A DNA stretch of 64,000 nt from Macrostomum lignano. Its lineage: Eukaryota. The position numbers were made by a program, and so were the translations under genes. This document shows, piece by piece, positions 12,025 to 23,484 of this stretch. The stretch covers positions 1 to 64,000 of the forward strand of contig NIVC01000402.1 of assembly GCA_002269645.1 (NCBI GenBank). Direction: 5' to 3'. Every line of letters begins with the position of its first letter. Within the stretch, counting starts at the first letter, position 1. The notes under the pieces are model-generated. The model was given only the letters and a program-made list of their open reading frames with translations, did no database searches and was not told the DNA's origin.

Positions 12025-12385
12025 TGTCTGAGTCATCTGCCTGAGTCATTTTCTGAGTCATCTGCCTGAGTCATCTGCCTGAGTCATCTGCCTGAGTCAT
12101 CTGCCTGAGTCATCTGCCTGAGTCATCTGCCTGAGTCATCTGCCTGAGTCATCTGCCTGAGTCATCTGCCTGAGTCATCTGCCTGAGTCATCTGCCTGAG
12201 TCATCTGCCTGAGTCATCTGCCTGAGTCATCTGCCTGAGTCATCTGCCTGAGTCATCTGCCTGAGTCATCTGCCTGAGTCATCTGCCTGAGTCATCTGCC
12301 TGAGTCATCTGCCTGAGTCATCTGCCTGAGTCATCTGCCTGAGTCATCTGCCTGAGTCATCTGCCTGAGTCATCTGCCTAAGTCA
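12025..12385. repeat. Minisatellite, 13-bp unit (gagtcatctgcct)
   Basis: Near-perfect tandem copies. Confidence 0.95.
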
Positions 12386-12859
12386 TCCTGCATGGGTAGT
12401 CTTTGAGTCGCCCGACTGTCTCAGCTGAATCAAGTTGTACAGCGTACAGTATTTTGAAGTTATATCACCCATTTTACAACACTTACAAACTTACAAAACT
12501 TCGAGCTCTAACCAGTACTTTGCATGAGCGATTCTGCATTGCAGTTTGCGGAAACAGCCTCCGCTTTTCAACTTAAAAAAACCATGTTACTACGAGCTGA
12601 CGCCTCTACTCATAGTAGCAATCGAAGCAAAATCGCATTTAATCAAAAAATATAAATTTATATTTAAGAAAGCGAAAATGGCATCACTTTGAAAGTTCAG
12701 AAATTTCTTAAAGTAATGAACAGTAAAAATAATAAGTTCTTTTCGAGATCAGACAGACAAGCTACTCTCTACTGGATTAGCTAGACTATCTACCAGACAA
12801 GCTAAACTGTCTACTGGATAAACTGTCTACTGGACTATCTACCAGACAAGCTGAACTAT

Positions 12860-12980
12860 CTATCAGACAAGCTAGACTATCCCCTAGACCAGCTAGACTA
12901 TCCCCTAGACCAGCTAGACTATCCCCTAGACCAGCTAGACTATCCCCTAGACCAGCTAGACTATCCCCTAGACCAGCTAG
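12860..12980. repeat. Short tandem repeat, 21-bp unit (agctagactatcccctagacc)
   Basis: About 5 copies, with degenerate copies upstream to ~12760. Confidence 0.85.
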
Positions 12981-13620
12981 ACCAGTCCAAGTTTAACCCG
13001 CAGCTGCATATTCGGATCGAAGTAGTTCTCTGCCAGCTGCCTGGACAAGCTGTTGTGCTCGCACGCTCGCTCGCCGTGACCTCTCCTGTACAGCAGGCGC
13101 CGACCAATCAGCGAGCTCATCCGATAGAAGGCCAAGCTTTGGAAGCAGGACCCGACTTTCACTGGCCAGGGCGTCTGGTGCAGCGAAGCTGTGGCGCTCC
13201 GCCGGTCGACGCCAGGATCCCGGAACTGCCGATTGCACGGGTCGTAGGCCATCCGTCTGCCCCAGTAGTAGTAATAAACTGCCGGGCACAGAGAGTCCAG
13301 CGCCGGTCTAGCAGAGAAGTAGTACAGCCCCTGCAGCAGGGACCTGTGATCCCAGTCCACCCAGATCAGACCCGGGTCGATGACGGCCAATAAGCTACGA
13401 TTTCGAGTCGAGTTGGTTACCAGCTGAGTATAGGCGTAAGCCAGCAGCTGATTTCTCAGGGCGGACATCACCGCGCCTTGTTCGATGTCCTCTTGAAGGC
13501 GCTTCCCACTCGAGTAGGTCACAGCCAGACGGCAGGGCTTGGCGGAGTTGACCTGGCCGCAGCCCAGCAGCTTGACCCGCGAGTCGAACCGGCTGACCCG
13601 GTGCAGAAACCTCCTGGTAT
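12977..13620 (-). CDS. Glycosyltransferase-like protein (GT-A fold, ENDSxDxT family), exon 2
   Basis: Acceptor ttctgtag|AT at 13622-13621 is in frame with ORF 12977..13522. Joining completes ENDSSD-D-TRRFL; downstream motifs RNQLL, VIDP, YD. Confidence 0.7.
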
Positions 13621-13814
13621 CTACAGAAGTTACAACTCAGATATTTTGATCAAATTTCTACATTGCTACTGACAGTAGATAGTTGGGTGCATGAAGGTCA
13701 GATTTACCGGTAAAATTATAAAGGATGCTCACAGACTTAAATTTGAAGTCAGACATCTAAGAACTCGGAGTGTCTCGGGACCATTGAGACCTTCAGCACC
13801 TGCGACATCTTTGG

Positions 13815-14325
13815 GAACCTTCGGGGACCTTCGAGGACCTTCGGGGACCTTCGGGACCTTCGGGACCTTCGGGACCTTCGGGACCTTCGGGACCTTCGGG
13901 ACCTTCGGGACCTTCGGGACCTTCGGGACCTTCGGGACCTTCGGGACCTTCGGGACCTTCGGGACCTTCGGGACCTTCGGGACCTTCGGGACCTTCGGGA
14001 CCTTCGGGACCTTCGGGACCTTCGGGACCTTCGGGACCTTCGAGGACCTTCGGGGACCTTCGGGACCTTCGGGACCTTCGGACCTTCGGGACCTTCGGGA
14101 CCTTCGGGACCTTCGGGACCTTCGGGACCTTCGGGACCTTCGGGACCTTCGGGACCTTCGGACCTTCGGACCTTCGGGACCTTCGGGACCTTCGGGACCT
14201 TCGGGACCTTCGGGACCTTCGGGACCTTCGGGACCTTCGGACCTTCGGGACCTTCGGGACCTTCGGGACCTTCGGGACCTTCGGGACCTTCGGGACCTTC
14301 GGGACCTTCGGGACCTTCGGGACCT
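13815..14325. repeat. Intronic tandem repeat, 9-bp unit (cgggacctt)
   Basis: Near-perfect tandem copies inside intron 13621-14369. Confidence 0.95.
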
Positions 14326-14369
14326 TTTCACAAGTGGTTATACAGCCACTTCAACAGCGTCAGCATTAC

Positions 14370-14934
14370 CATCGCTAGAGTCGTTCTCCATCAGCGCGAT
14401 GCTGCACTGAGCAAAGCGGGTGCACAGCTGGCGCAGGTTTTTCAACGAGCTCCGCAAGCCGGGCAAAGCGTTCCTGACGGTGCCCACAGCGATCAGCGTC
14501 TGTGTGCGGAGCCAAGCGGCGGCCCGGCTGGCGCGGAAGTCCGCGGACTCCTCCTTGGCTAACAGTCGCAGCAGAGGCAGCTGCGTGCTGGCCGGGTCAA
14601 ACCAGTGCATAGCGGCGTCCATGTGCTGACGGGCGAGCCGGTGAAAGTAGCTAAAATTCAGCGCATTGGCCGAGAGTTCGGACAGGCTAGGCGAAGTTTT
14701 CGAGTCTGAGGCGGCCGGTGGGAGAGAGCGGACAAGTTCGCGGACAAGGTTCGATCCGTTATCGACGTCCACTGGGCTGCTCCCGCTGCCTGAGACAAAC
14801 CAAGCCGTGAACTGGACAACCAGAAGCAGCGCGGCCACCAGAATGAAGGCTCGACGCCTCTTCCGACTGCTTGGCAGGCAGCTGCAGGGACGCCAGCGCT
14901 TCTCCACCACCGCCGGGTGAATGGGAGCCCCCAT
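14370..14934 (-). CDS. Glycosyltransferase-like protein, exon 1 (type II TM anchor, stem, GTVRN and ENDS motifs)
   Basis: ATG at 14934; basic residues then hydrophobic [19 protein letters not shown]; IAVGTVRN and ALMENDSSD; donor G|GTAATG at 14369. Confidence 0.7.
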
Positions 14935-14944
14935 CTGAGGGAGG

Positions 14945-15725
14945 GTGTGTCAGTGCTCAGTGTGTGTCAGTGCTCAGTGTGTGTGTGTGTGTCAGTGCTC
15001 AGTGTGTGTGTGTGTCAGTGCTCAGTGTGTGTGTGTGTGTCAGTGCTCAGTGTGTGTGTGTGTGTGTCAGTGCTCAGTGTGTGTGTGTGTCAGTGCTCAG
15101 TGTGTGTGTGTGTGTGTCAGTGCTCAGTGTGTGTGTGTGTCAGTGCTCAGTGTGTGTGTGTGTCAGTGCTCAGTGTGTGTCAGTGCTCAGTGTGTGTCAG
15201 TGCTCAGTGTGTGTCAGTGCTCAGTGTGTGTCAGTGCTCAGTGTGTGTCAGTGCTCAGTGTGTGTCAGTGCTCAGTGTGTGTCAGTGCTCAGTGTGTGTC
15301 AGTGCTCAGTGTGTGTCAGTGCTCAGTGTGTGTCAGTGCCCAGTGTGTGTCAGTGCTCAGTGTGTGTGTGTGTCAGTGCTCAGTGTGTGTGTGTGTCAGT
15401 GCTCAGTGTGTGTCAGTGCTCAGTGTGTGTCAGTGCTCAGTGTGTGTCAGTGCTCAGTTTGTGTCAGTGCTCAGTGTGTGTCAGTGCCCAGTGTGTGTCA
15501 GTGCTCAGTGTGTGTCAGTGCCCAGTGTGTGTCAGTGCTCAGTGTGTGTGTGTGTCAGTGCTCAGTGTGTGTGTGTGTGTGTCAGTGCTCAGTGTGTGTG
15601 TGTGTGTCAGTGCTCAGTGTGTGTCAGTGCTCAGTGTGTGTGTGTGTGTGTGTCAGTGCTCAGTGTGTGTGTGTGTGTGTGTGTCAGTGCTCAGTGTGTG
15701 TGTGTGTGTGTCAGTGCTCAGTGTG
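14945..15725. repeat. Compound microsatellite (GT)n interspersed with cagtgctca
   Basis: Visible directly; the Cys/Val-rich ORFs are artefacts. Confidence 0.95.
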
Positions 15726-16651
15726 AGTACGAGTTTTATCGCTGTCTCAGCGACATTTGAAGACGTCTCTGTAAAATCAAATAATCAAATTGATCACGTA
15801 AGCCTTTACCTGTGAATAGAGTCGCTGCAAAGCAGCAATCCAAAATGCCTCAGGAGTCAGCTTGATCTTTTCTTGTGCTTCTGCCGTTGCGCAGAGTTCA
15901 GCAAGGTGGCTTGGCAAAAGACTTATCTCTCCTTCAATTGAACACCGGCTTTTCCTCTTTAGCCAGCTCAGTGCCTTTTAAGAGAGTGGGATTTTCTACA
16001 GCGAAAAGTTCTCTTCCGCTTATAGGCCAGACTTTACAAGCGCACGCTTCATCTCTGCCCTCCCCTGTCCCTATGGTGCTGACAGAGCTAAAGATGAAGC
16101 TTGCTTGGTGGCGTTGCTATGTGCTTAAAAAACGAGGTTGGCAACGATCTTCATTCAGTCTATAGCTCTCCCATTCTCCCTCCATCTCTCTCTTAGACCT
16201 TTATATCAATAAAAAAATGGTTGACGTACGGCTAGCCAGCCAGCCAGTCAGTCAATCTGGTTTTGAGAGTGGATCCATGAGTGCAAACTAAGCACGCGTG
16301 CATGACTACAGTACAATGAGAAACTAAGGCCTATTCGTTTGGGCTATCAAATTAAAAGTGGGGCAATTTACTATAGTAGTTTGTGGTAGTTTCCGTTCAT
16401 TAATTATATGCTTCAGGCCATAGACATATATTCCACTACCATAGTGTTGTCCTTGTGCATGGCTCATTGACGCTGAGCTCAGCTCTCAATTCATTTTATT
16501 TTTTGTTCCTTTCTAGTTTGGTCCGTTCGACCTCTTCATATTAACATTAGCGCAGTCACGTAAATAAATGTCTATGGGGAACTTTTGTTTCACCCACAAC
16601 ACATAGACTACTTTTGTTTTCTGTAAAAGACTTCAGAAACAAGGACTACTA

Positions 16652-16890
16652 AAGTAGAAGGACGGGAAAGTACGTTTCTTGGAAAAAAATTAGGAAACAG
16701 GTTTTTACCGAAAACTACGTTTTCTTCATCATATTCATAAAGCTTGTTGTTTAGAAAATTAGATTTCTATGTTAATTTTCTGTATCATATATATAAAAGT
16801 ACATTGGGTCTGCCTCCCGTGATTTATTTATTTCGGCTAAACTTGCCTCCTAAAATTTTCCAAGAACCGTGCTTTCCCGTCCTTCTACTT
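16652..16890. mobile_element. Putative MITE with ~40-60 bp inverted ends and TA flanks (Tc1/mariner-type non-autonomous)
   Basis: TA-aagtagaaggacgggaaagtacgtttcttggaaaa ... ttttccaagaaccgtgctttcccgtccttctactt-TA. Confidence 0.6.
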
Positions 16891-17460
16891 TACTAATAGA
16901 GTAAACTAATAGACTGCTAATAGACTAATAGAGTTTTGGCCATAGACAGTTCGTTGTCGCATCATTTAATCTCATGAAAATCTCTAACTATAAGTCTACA
17001 AGAAATCTGTAATCCTTACTCGATATTAACTACTGCAAGTAATCGAGACGCAGGCATAATTTTTCAACCAATTTTTTTATAAATCAGCGGCAGGGAAATT
17101 CTATAATCGCGCACTGTGCGCACAGTAGCATGGGAGAAATTCCCTATATAAAACTTATCGATTAAACTGACTGGCTGTCCCTTATTGAGCTCCAATATGT
17201 GACACTTTGCCTGGCCTTAGGCAACTGGGGTAGTAGGGGGGGGGGCACAGGAAGCGCAGCTGTGCTCAGGGCAACAGCAGCTATTAAGACCACGCCATGG
17301 CACTCTCCACATAAAGCGCACTCCGCCTCCCCCACCGCTGCTGCACACTTGCTCTGCTCTCCCAGCCATAAAATCCATTGAAAACTAGCCTAAACCAACC
17401 AAACCCAGAACAGAAGCTCAGAGCAATTAAGCAATTTTAATTAACTACACACAGGTAGTC

Positions 17461-17910
17461 ATGACGACGGAAGGGACGTCAGCAGTGTCGTCGATGGACG
17501 AGCAACAACAACAACAACAGAAGCTACCAGAGAATAGACAACAGGAAAAGCAGCAGAGGAAAGAGGAACTGCTCTGCTGCTGTCGGCTGATGTGCGTGAC
17601 GCCTCGAGAAGATCCGTTGGAGTTTTCGAGCTGCTTGTCAATCGTTCTGCTCGTTCTGGGCATCGTGCTCATCAGCTTCGGTTATTTGGTGCCGCGCCAG
17701 TATACTCAGGACGACAGATTGACCGCCAGAGAGAATGAAAGAAACGCTATATACTACTATAAGCTAGGCAGGCACATGGACGTCTGCATATTGGTTGGGA
17801 TTTCAGTGCTAAGCCTGGGCTCCATCATGCTGTCGGCTGTGCTTAGCTACACCCTGTACCAGCACGAGAAGTTGAAAGCCTCAAAGGCTTCTGGCGAGCT
17901 GGCCAAGTAG
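17461..17910 (+). CDS. TMEM74: TMEM74/neurensin-like two-TM protein (149 aa, single exon)
   Basis: ATG-to-stop ORF with two hydrophobic helices. The segment GYLVPR...TARENE...KLGRHMDVCILVGISVLSLGSIMLS matches the TMEM74 family pattern as I recall it (YIVPR..AAREMERLE..LGAHLDRCVIAGL.LLTLGG). Confidence 0.75.
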   Translation: MTTEGTSAVSSMDEQQQQQQKLPENRQQEKQQRKEELLCCCRLMCVTPREDPLEFSSCLSIVLLVLGIVLISFGYLVPRQYTQDDRLTARENERNAIYYYKLGRHMDVCILVGISVLSLGSIMLSAVLSYTLYQHEKLKASKASGELAK

Positions 17911-17984
17911 GCTTGCAATTGAACTGAACTTTTTAAACACCAACACAAACCTGCAAAAGGTGGAGGGTCGAAATTAGGGGTAGG

Positions 17985-18260
17985 GAGTGAGGTGGCTGGT
18001 TTAATCAGGGTTGGGGTTAGGGGTAGGGAGTGAGGTGGTAGGTTTAATCAGGGTTGGGGTTAGGGGTAGGGAGTGAGGTGGCTGGTTTAATGAGGGTTGG
18101 GGTTAGGGGTAGGGAGTGAGGTGGCTGGTTTAATGAGGGTCGGGGTTGGGGGTAGGGAGTGAGGTGGCTGGTTTAATGAGGGTCGGGGTTGGGGTAGGGA
18201 GTGAGGTGGCTGGTTTAATGAGGGTCGGGGTTAGGGGTAGGGAGTGAGGTAGCTGGTTTA
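17985..18260. repeat. G-rich minisatellite, 43-bp unit (ggggtagggagtgaggtggctggtttaatcagggttggggtta)
   Basis: About 6 tandem copies. Confidence 0.9.
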
Positions 18261-18426
18261 GCGAGGGTATGAATTTGGCTCTTTACAGCTCGTAAGTTAG
18301 GTGAGATGAAGGAACACAGTACAGTACAAACTTCTACAAGCAAGAACTTTTCTTTATTTTTAAAAAGTAAAAATAATTTTCAATTTATCGAATAATAATT
18401 TGTGGCTTTTTCATGTAGTAGACTGC

Positions 18427-18472
<46 letters not shown>
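18427..18472. repeat. (CA)n microsatellite
   Basis: Pure CA run. Confidence 0.95.
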
Positions 18473-18475
<3 letters not shown>

Positions 18476-19009
18476 CAAAGCATTTTGTGATTGTTTGTAC
18501 AGAGGTACAAGGTTGCACACCCATATCAATATTTTTATTCAATTTGTTGCAACTTTGAATTCAAACTTCTCATAATTATGGTCTCCTCTGGCTTGGGTGC
18601 AACGCGTATTTATATTTTGCTAATTTTAAATCAGATAAATACACAAAAAGTATATTAAAAGCGATCAGTTTCGCATTCAAGAATATCTATAAACTGAGTT
18701 CTCTGCTTATAAGCTCTAGTATAAGTAGTTAAGAAGTAGTTGAAATTAATATTGTCAATAAAATAAATTCGGAACGTGCTTGCGCTATTGCGAAAGAGAC
18801 ACCCAATCAGATTAGATAACATCATGAATAGCAAAAATAGCCTAAGTGCCGCCAGTATGTACAATGTACATGTACACTTCTTATGTACATTGAGCTTTCA
18901 ATTTTCACGCCCGTAGCTTATAGCGCCCCCTCGAATCAGCTCAAATTCCTTTCTTGATGGTTCAACTCCGCCTGCTCACAACTTCAAAGAATTCGACGAT
19001 GATAAGTTT

Positions 19010-21290
19010 CGAGCTCGGTAAGTTTCGAGTTTGGGAAGTTTCGAGTTTGGGAAGTTTCGAGTTTGGGAAGTTTCGAGTTTGGGAAGTTTCGAGTTTGGGA
19101 AGTTTCGAGTTTGGGAAGTTTCGAGTTTGGGAAGTTTCGAGTTTGGGAAGTTTCGAGTTTGGGAAGTTTCGAGTTTGGGAAGTTTCGAGTTTGAGAAGTT
19201 TCGAGTTTGGGAAGTTTCGAGTTTGGGAAGTTTCGAGTTTGGGAAGTTTCGAGTTTGGGAAGTTTCGAGTTTGGGAAGTTTCGAGTTTGGGAAGTTTCGA
19301 GTTTGGGAAGTTTCGAGTTTGGGAAGTTTCGAGTTTGGGAAGTTTCGAGTTTGGGAAGTTTCGAGTTTGGGAAGTTTCGAGTTTGGGAAGTTTCGAGTTT
19401 GAGAAGTTTCGAGTTTGGGAAGTTTCGAGTTTGGGAAGTTTCGAGTTTGGGAAGTTTCGAGTTTGGGAAGTTTCGAGTTTGGGAAGTTTCGAGTTTGGGA
19501 AGTTTCGAGTTTGGGAAGTTTCGAGTTTGGGAAGTTTCGAGTTTGGGAAGTTTCGAGTTTGGGAAGTTTCGAGTTTGGGAAGTTTCGAGTTTGGGAAGTT
19601 TCGAGTTTGGCAAGTTTCGAGTTTGGGAAGTTTCGAGTTTGGGAAGTTTCGAGTTTGGGAAGTTTCGAGTTTGGGAAGTTTCGAGTTTGGGAAGTTTCGA
19701 GTTTGTGAAGTTTCGAGTTTGGGAAGTTTCGAGTTTGGGAAGTTTCGAGTTTGGGAAGTTTTGGATTTGGGAAGTTTTGGATTTGGGAAGTTTCGGATTT
19801 GGGAAGTTTTGGATTTGGGAAGTTTTGGATTTGGGAAATTTTGGATTTGGGAAGTTTTGGATTTGGGAAGTTTTGGATTTGGGAAGTTTTGGATTTGGGA
19901 AATTTTGGATTTGGGAAGTTTTGGATTTGGGAAGTTTTGGATTTGGGAAGTTTTGGATTTGGGAAGTTTCGGATTTGGGAAGTTTCGGATTTGGGAAGTT
20001 TTGGATTTGAAAAATTTTGGATTTGGGGAGTTTTGGATTTGGGGAGTTTTGGATTTGGGAAGTTTCGAGTTTGGGAAGTTTTGGATTTGGGAAGTTTCGA
20101 GTTTGGGAAGTTTCGAGTTTGGGAAGTTTTGGATTTGGGAAGTTTTGGATTTGGGAAGTTTTGGATTTGGGAAGTTTTGGATTTGGGAAGTTTTGGATTT
20201 GGGAAGTTTTGGATTAAGGAAGTTTTGGATTTGGGAAGTTTTGGATTTGGGAAGTTTTGGATTTGGGAAGTTTCGGATTTGGGAAGTTTCGAGTTTGGGA
20301 AGTTTCGAGTTTGGGAAGTTTCGAGCTCGGGAATTTTCGAGTTTGGGAAGTTTCGAGTTTGGGAAGTTTCGGATTCGGGAAGTTTCGAGCTCGGGAAGTT
20401 TCGAGCTCGGGAATTTTCGAGTTTGGGAAGTTTCGAGTTTGGGAAGTTTCGAGCTCGGGAATTTTCGAGTTTGGGAAGTTTCGAGTTTGGGAAGCTTCGA
20501 TTTTGGGAAGTTTCGAGTTTAGGAAGTTTCGAGTTTGGGAAGTTTCGGATTTGGGAAGTTTTGGATTTGAAAAATTTTGGATTTGGGGAGTTTTGGATTT
20601 GGGGAGTTTTGGATTTGGGAAGTTTCGAGTTTGGGAAGTTTTGGATTTGGGAAGTTTCGAGTTTGGGAAGTTTCGAGTTTGGGAAGTTTCGAGTTTGGGA
20701 AGTTTCGAGTTTGAGAAGTTTCGAGTTTGGGAAGTTTCGAGTTTGGGAAGTTTCGAGTTTGGGAAGTTTCGAGTTTGGGAAGTTTCGAGTTTGGGAAGTT
20801 TCGAGTTTGGGAAGTTTCGAGCTCGGGAATTTTCGAGTTTGGCAAGTTTCGAGTTTGGGAAGTTTCGATTTTGGGAAGTTTCGAGTTTAGGAAGTTTCGA
20901 GTTTGGGAAGTTTCGAGTTTGGGAAGTTTCGATTTTGGGAAGTTTCGAGTTTGGGAAGTTTCGAGTTTGGGAAGTTTCGGATTTGGGAAGTTTTGGATTT
21001 GGGAAGTTTTGGATTTGGGAAGTTTCGGATTTGGGAAGTTTCGGATTTGGGAAGTTTCGAGTTTGGGAAGTTTCGGATTTGGGAAGTTTCGGATTTGGGA
21101 AGTTTCGAGTTTGGGAAGTTTTGGATTTGGGAAGTTTTGGATTTGGGAAGTTTCGAGTTTGGGAAGTTTTGGATTTGGGAAGTTTTGGATTTGGGAAGTT
21201 TCGAGTTTGGGAAGTTTTGGATTTGGAAAGTTTTGGATTTGGGGAGTTGTGGATTTGGAAAGTTTTGGATTTGGGAAGTTTCGAGTTTGT
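19010..21290. repeat. 2.3-kb satellite, 16-bp unit (gggaagtttcgagttt / gggaagttttggattt)
   Basis: Tandem units with two main variants; all ORFs here are artefacts. Confidence 0.97.
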
Positions 21291-21411
21291 GAAAACGAAC
21301 GACCCATTGTGCACACTAGCCGTTCTTCACAGATTTTCATAGATTACAGCCTCGACCAATTTTTCATTACAAATAACAAGTCCACCACCAGCAACTGCAC
21401 AACTTCAGTTG

Positions 21412-22071
21412 CTAGGCAACGCGAACTCCCTGAGTTGCCGGCCTGCCAGACGAAGCCGCCGCACCATCGGCGCCGCCGCGGAGGTCTCGACTGGCGAACC
21501 AGGCGGACACGCTAGCGGTGTGGTTGTGAAACCGAACCTGGTGAACCCGAGGTCCCCTCTGCCGGCCGCGGCCGCCGCTGGGCTCCTCGTCCTGCCCGTC
21601 ATCGGCCAGACGGTTCTGCTGACGCGGATCGCCGAAGCCGCGCCGTCGCAGCAGCTCGCACAGTCGCCAGCCGTCCAGACGAAATCGGCGACGAAGCCGG
21701 CCGACGGCGTCCGCCTCAGCCGATGACGAGGTCGACGCGGTGGAGGCAGCGTCGTCCACCAGTTCGTCATCGACAGACTCGCCGAACTGGCGACGCTGGA
21801 GCCGGAGCTTCTGGTGCTGCTGATGATGCCGAGTCCGCTGCTGGCCGAACGTCGGTCGACGCAGGCTGGTGACGAAACCGGTCGGCCAGAACGCGTCGTC
21901 GTCGCCTTCGCCGTCGGCCGTGTCGCCGTCGGCGTTGCCATGGTGACTGGCCGTCGCTGCTGCCGGCAGATAACGACGCCGCGGACCGCCGCTGGCTGAT
22001 ACGGCCGACACGACCGATAAAGTCGGGAAACGGCTGCACATGGCCGCGTAGTCGCGCTGACATCTGGCGCG
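21412..22071 (-). CDS. Hypothetical protein, candidate exon 2 of an orphan two-exon gene
   Basis: GC-rich open frame; acceptor atccgcag|CGC at 22073-22072 in frame with ORF 21412..22041. No recognisable domain. Confidence 0.4.
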   Translation of the reverse strand, partial: RARCQRDYAAMCSRFPTLSVVSAVSASGGPRRRYLPAAATASHHGNADGDTADGEGDDDAFWPTGFVTSLRRPTFGQQRTRHHQQHQKLRLQRRQFGESVDDELVDDAASTASTSSSAEADAVGRLRRRFRLDGWRLCELLRRRGFGDPRQQNRLADDGQDEEPSGGRGRQRGPRVHQVRFHNHTASVSAWFASRDLRGGADGAAASSGRPATQGVRVA

Positions 22072-22224
22072 CTGCGGATTTTATAAATATAATATATATA
22101 CATATACATATACATAAATATATATATATATGCAGCATGAGTCAGTACCTGCGCCTGTCTCCTAGAAACTGTGCGAAAGTGTGCAAACTTTGAATAAATA
22201 TTGCCAATAAAGCAAAACGTTTTA

Positions 22225-22810
22225 GTGTCAGGGGTAGGCCAGAATAGGTGTCAGGGGCAGGCCAGAATAGGTGTCAGGGGCAGGCCAGAATAGGTGTCAG
22301 GGGTAGGCCAGAATGAGTGTCAGGGGCAGTCCAGAATGCGTGTCAGGAGTGGGACAGAACAAGTGTCAGGAGCAGGCCAGAACAAGTGTCAGGGGCAGGC
22401 CAGAATGAGTGTCAGGAGCAGGCCAGAACAAGTGTCAGGGGTAGGCCAGAATGAGTGTCAGGGGCAGGCCAGAATGAGTGTCAGGGGCAGGCCAGAATAG
22501 GTGTCAGGGGCAGGCCAGAATGAGTGTCAGGGGCAGGCCAGAATAGGTGTCAGGGCAGGCCAGAATAGGTGTCAGGGCAGGCCAGAATAGGTGTCAGGGC
22601 AGGCCAGAATAGGTGTCAGGGCAGGCCAGAATAGGTGTCAGGGCAGGCCAGAATAGGTGTCAGGGCAGGCCAGAATAGGTGTCAGGGCAGGCCAGAATAG
22701 GTGTCAGGGCAGGCCAGAATAGGTGTCAGGGCAGGCCAGAATAGGTGTCAGGGCCGGCCAGAATAGGTGTCAGGGCAGGCCAGAATAGGTGTCAGGGCAG
22801 GCCAGAATAA
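22225..22810. repeat. Minisatellite, 22-23-bp unit (gtgtcaggggcaggccagaatag)
   Basis: Tandem units visible; lies inside the putative intron 22072-22823. Confidence 0.95.
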
Positions 22811-22823
22811 GCCCATGGCGTAC

Positions 22824-22967
22824 ATGCGCAGTGTAGGCCGGCAGCAGCAGCGAATGCCGCGCTGCCTCAGATCCGACAGTCAATTCGGGCGGCGGTCTCG
22901 CAGCCGACAGCGTCGCAATCGCGGTGGTTGCAGGCCGGCCTCGAGCTGCGGAATGGCTGGACTGCAT
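22824..22967 (-). CDS. Hypothetical protein, candidate exon 1 (MQSSHSAARG...AYTAH)
   Basis: ATG at 22967; phase-0 donor CAT|GTACGC at 22823 is compatible with the phase-0 acceptor at 22072. Confidence 0.35.
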
Positions 22968-23484
22968 TTTGCTGGTGCACAGAGCCGCACTCGAGCTACC
23001 AGTCTACGGTGGCAGGGGTAAGCCCTGTAGTTAGTTATAAGATCGTACAAAGAAATGATGGCTATTTGATAGCTCGATTCACACGGACAGAGGAGAGAGG
23101 GGTATTGAGGTGAGGTGAGGCTGTTTACAGATGCTCATATACTCGTAGGTAGACAGACAATGCAAGACCAGCATTTTAGCTCTTCAAAGCCCGTTTTTTC
23201 GTCTCAGCAGCAGCAGTCGATCCAATTCAAACAGACTGGCCCTATTTCTCGCGTATATGCATCTTTCTCGGCTTGCTGCGCTCAACGCTCAGCCAACGGA
23301 ACGCTAAAAATGCCCCCGTCAACATTGCAGTGCAGTTTAAATTGTTTAGAACCAAATTTAATTTTGTCTGCTCCTGCTTCATAAATATTCTCTCGCTTAG
23401 CATGATGCCCCTCATTCTGCGGGTGTCGTTTTCAACGGAATTCGGCATTTTCTGCTAGAATTTCTAGACTCCACTGATTGAGTG

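Noticed and set aside
13691-14410. Collagen- or protamine-like repeat ORFs
   Set aside because: 9-bp repeat inside the glycosyltransferase intron.
14871-15815. Cys-rich metallothionein/keratin-like ORFs
   Set aside because: Translations of the (GT)n-cagtgctca microsatellite.
18954-21515. Many long ORFs (up to 522 aa) such as GSFEFGKFRVWEVSSL repeats
   Set aside because: Translations of the 16-bp satellite, open in many frames on both strands; no evidence of coding.
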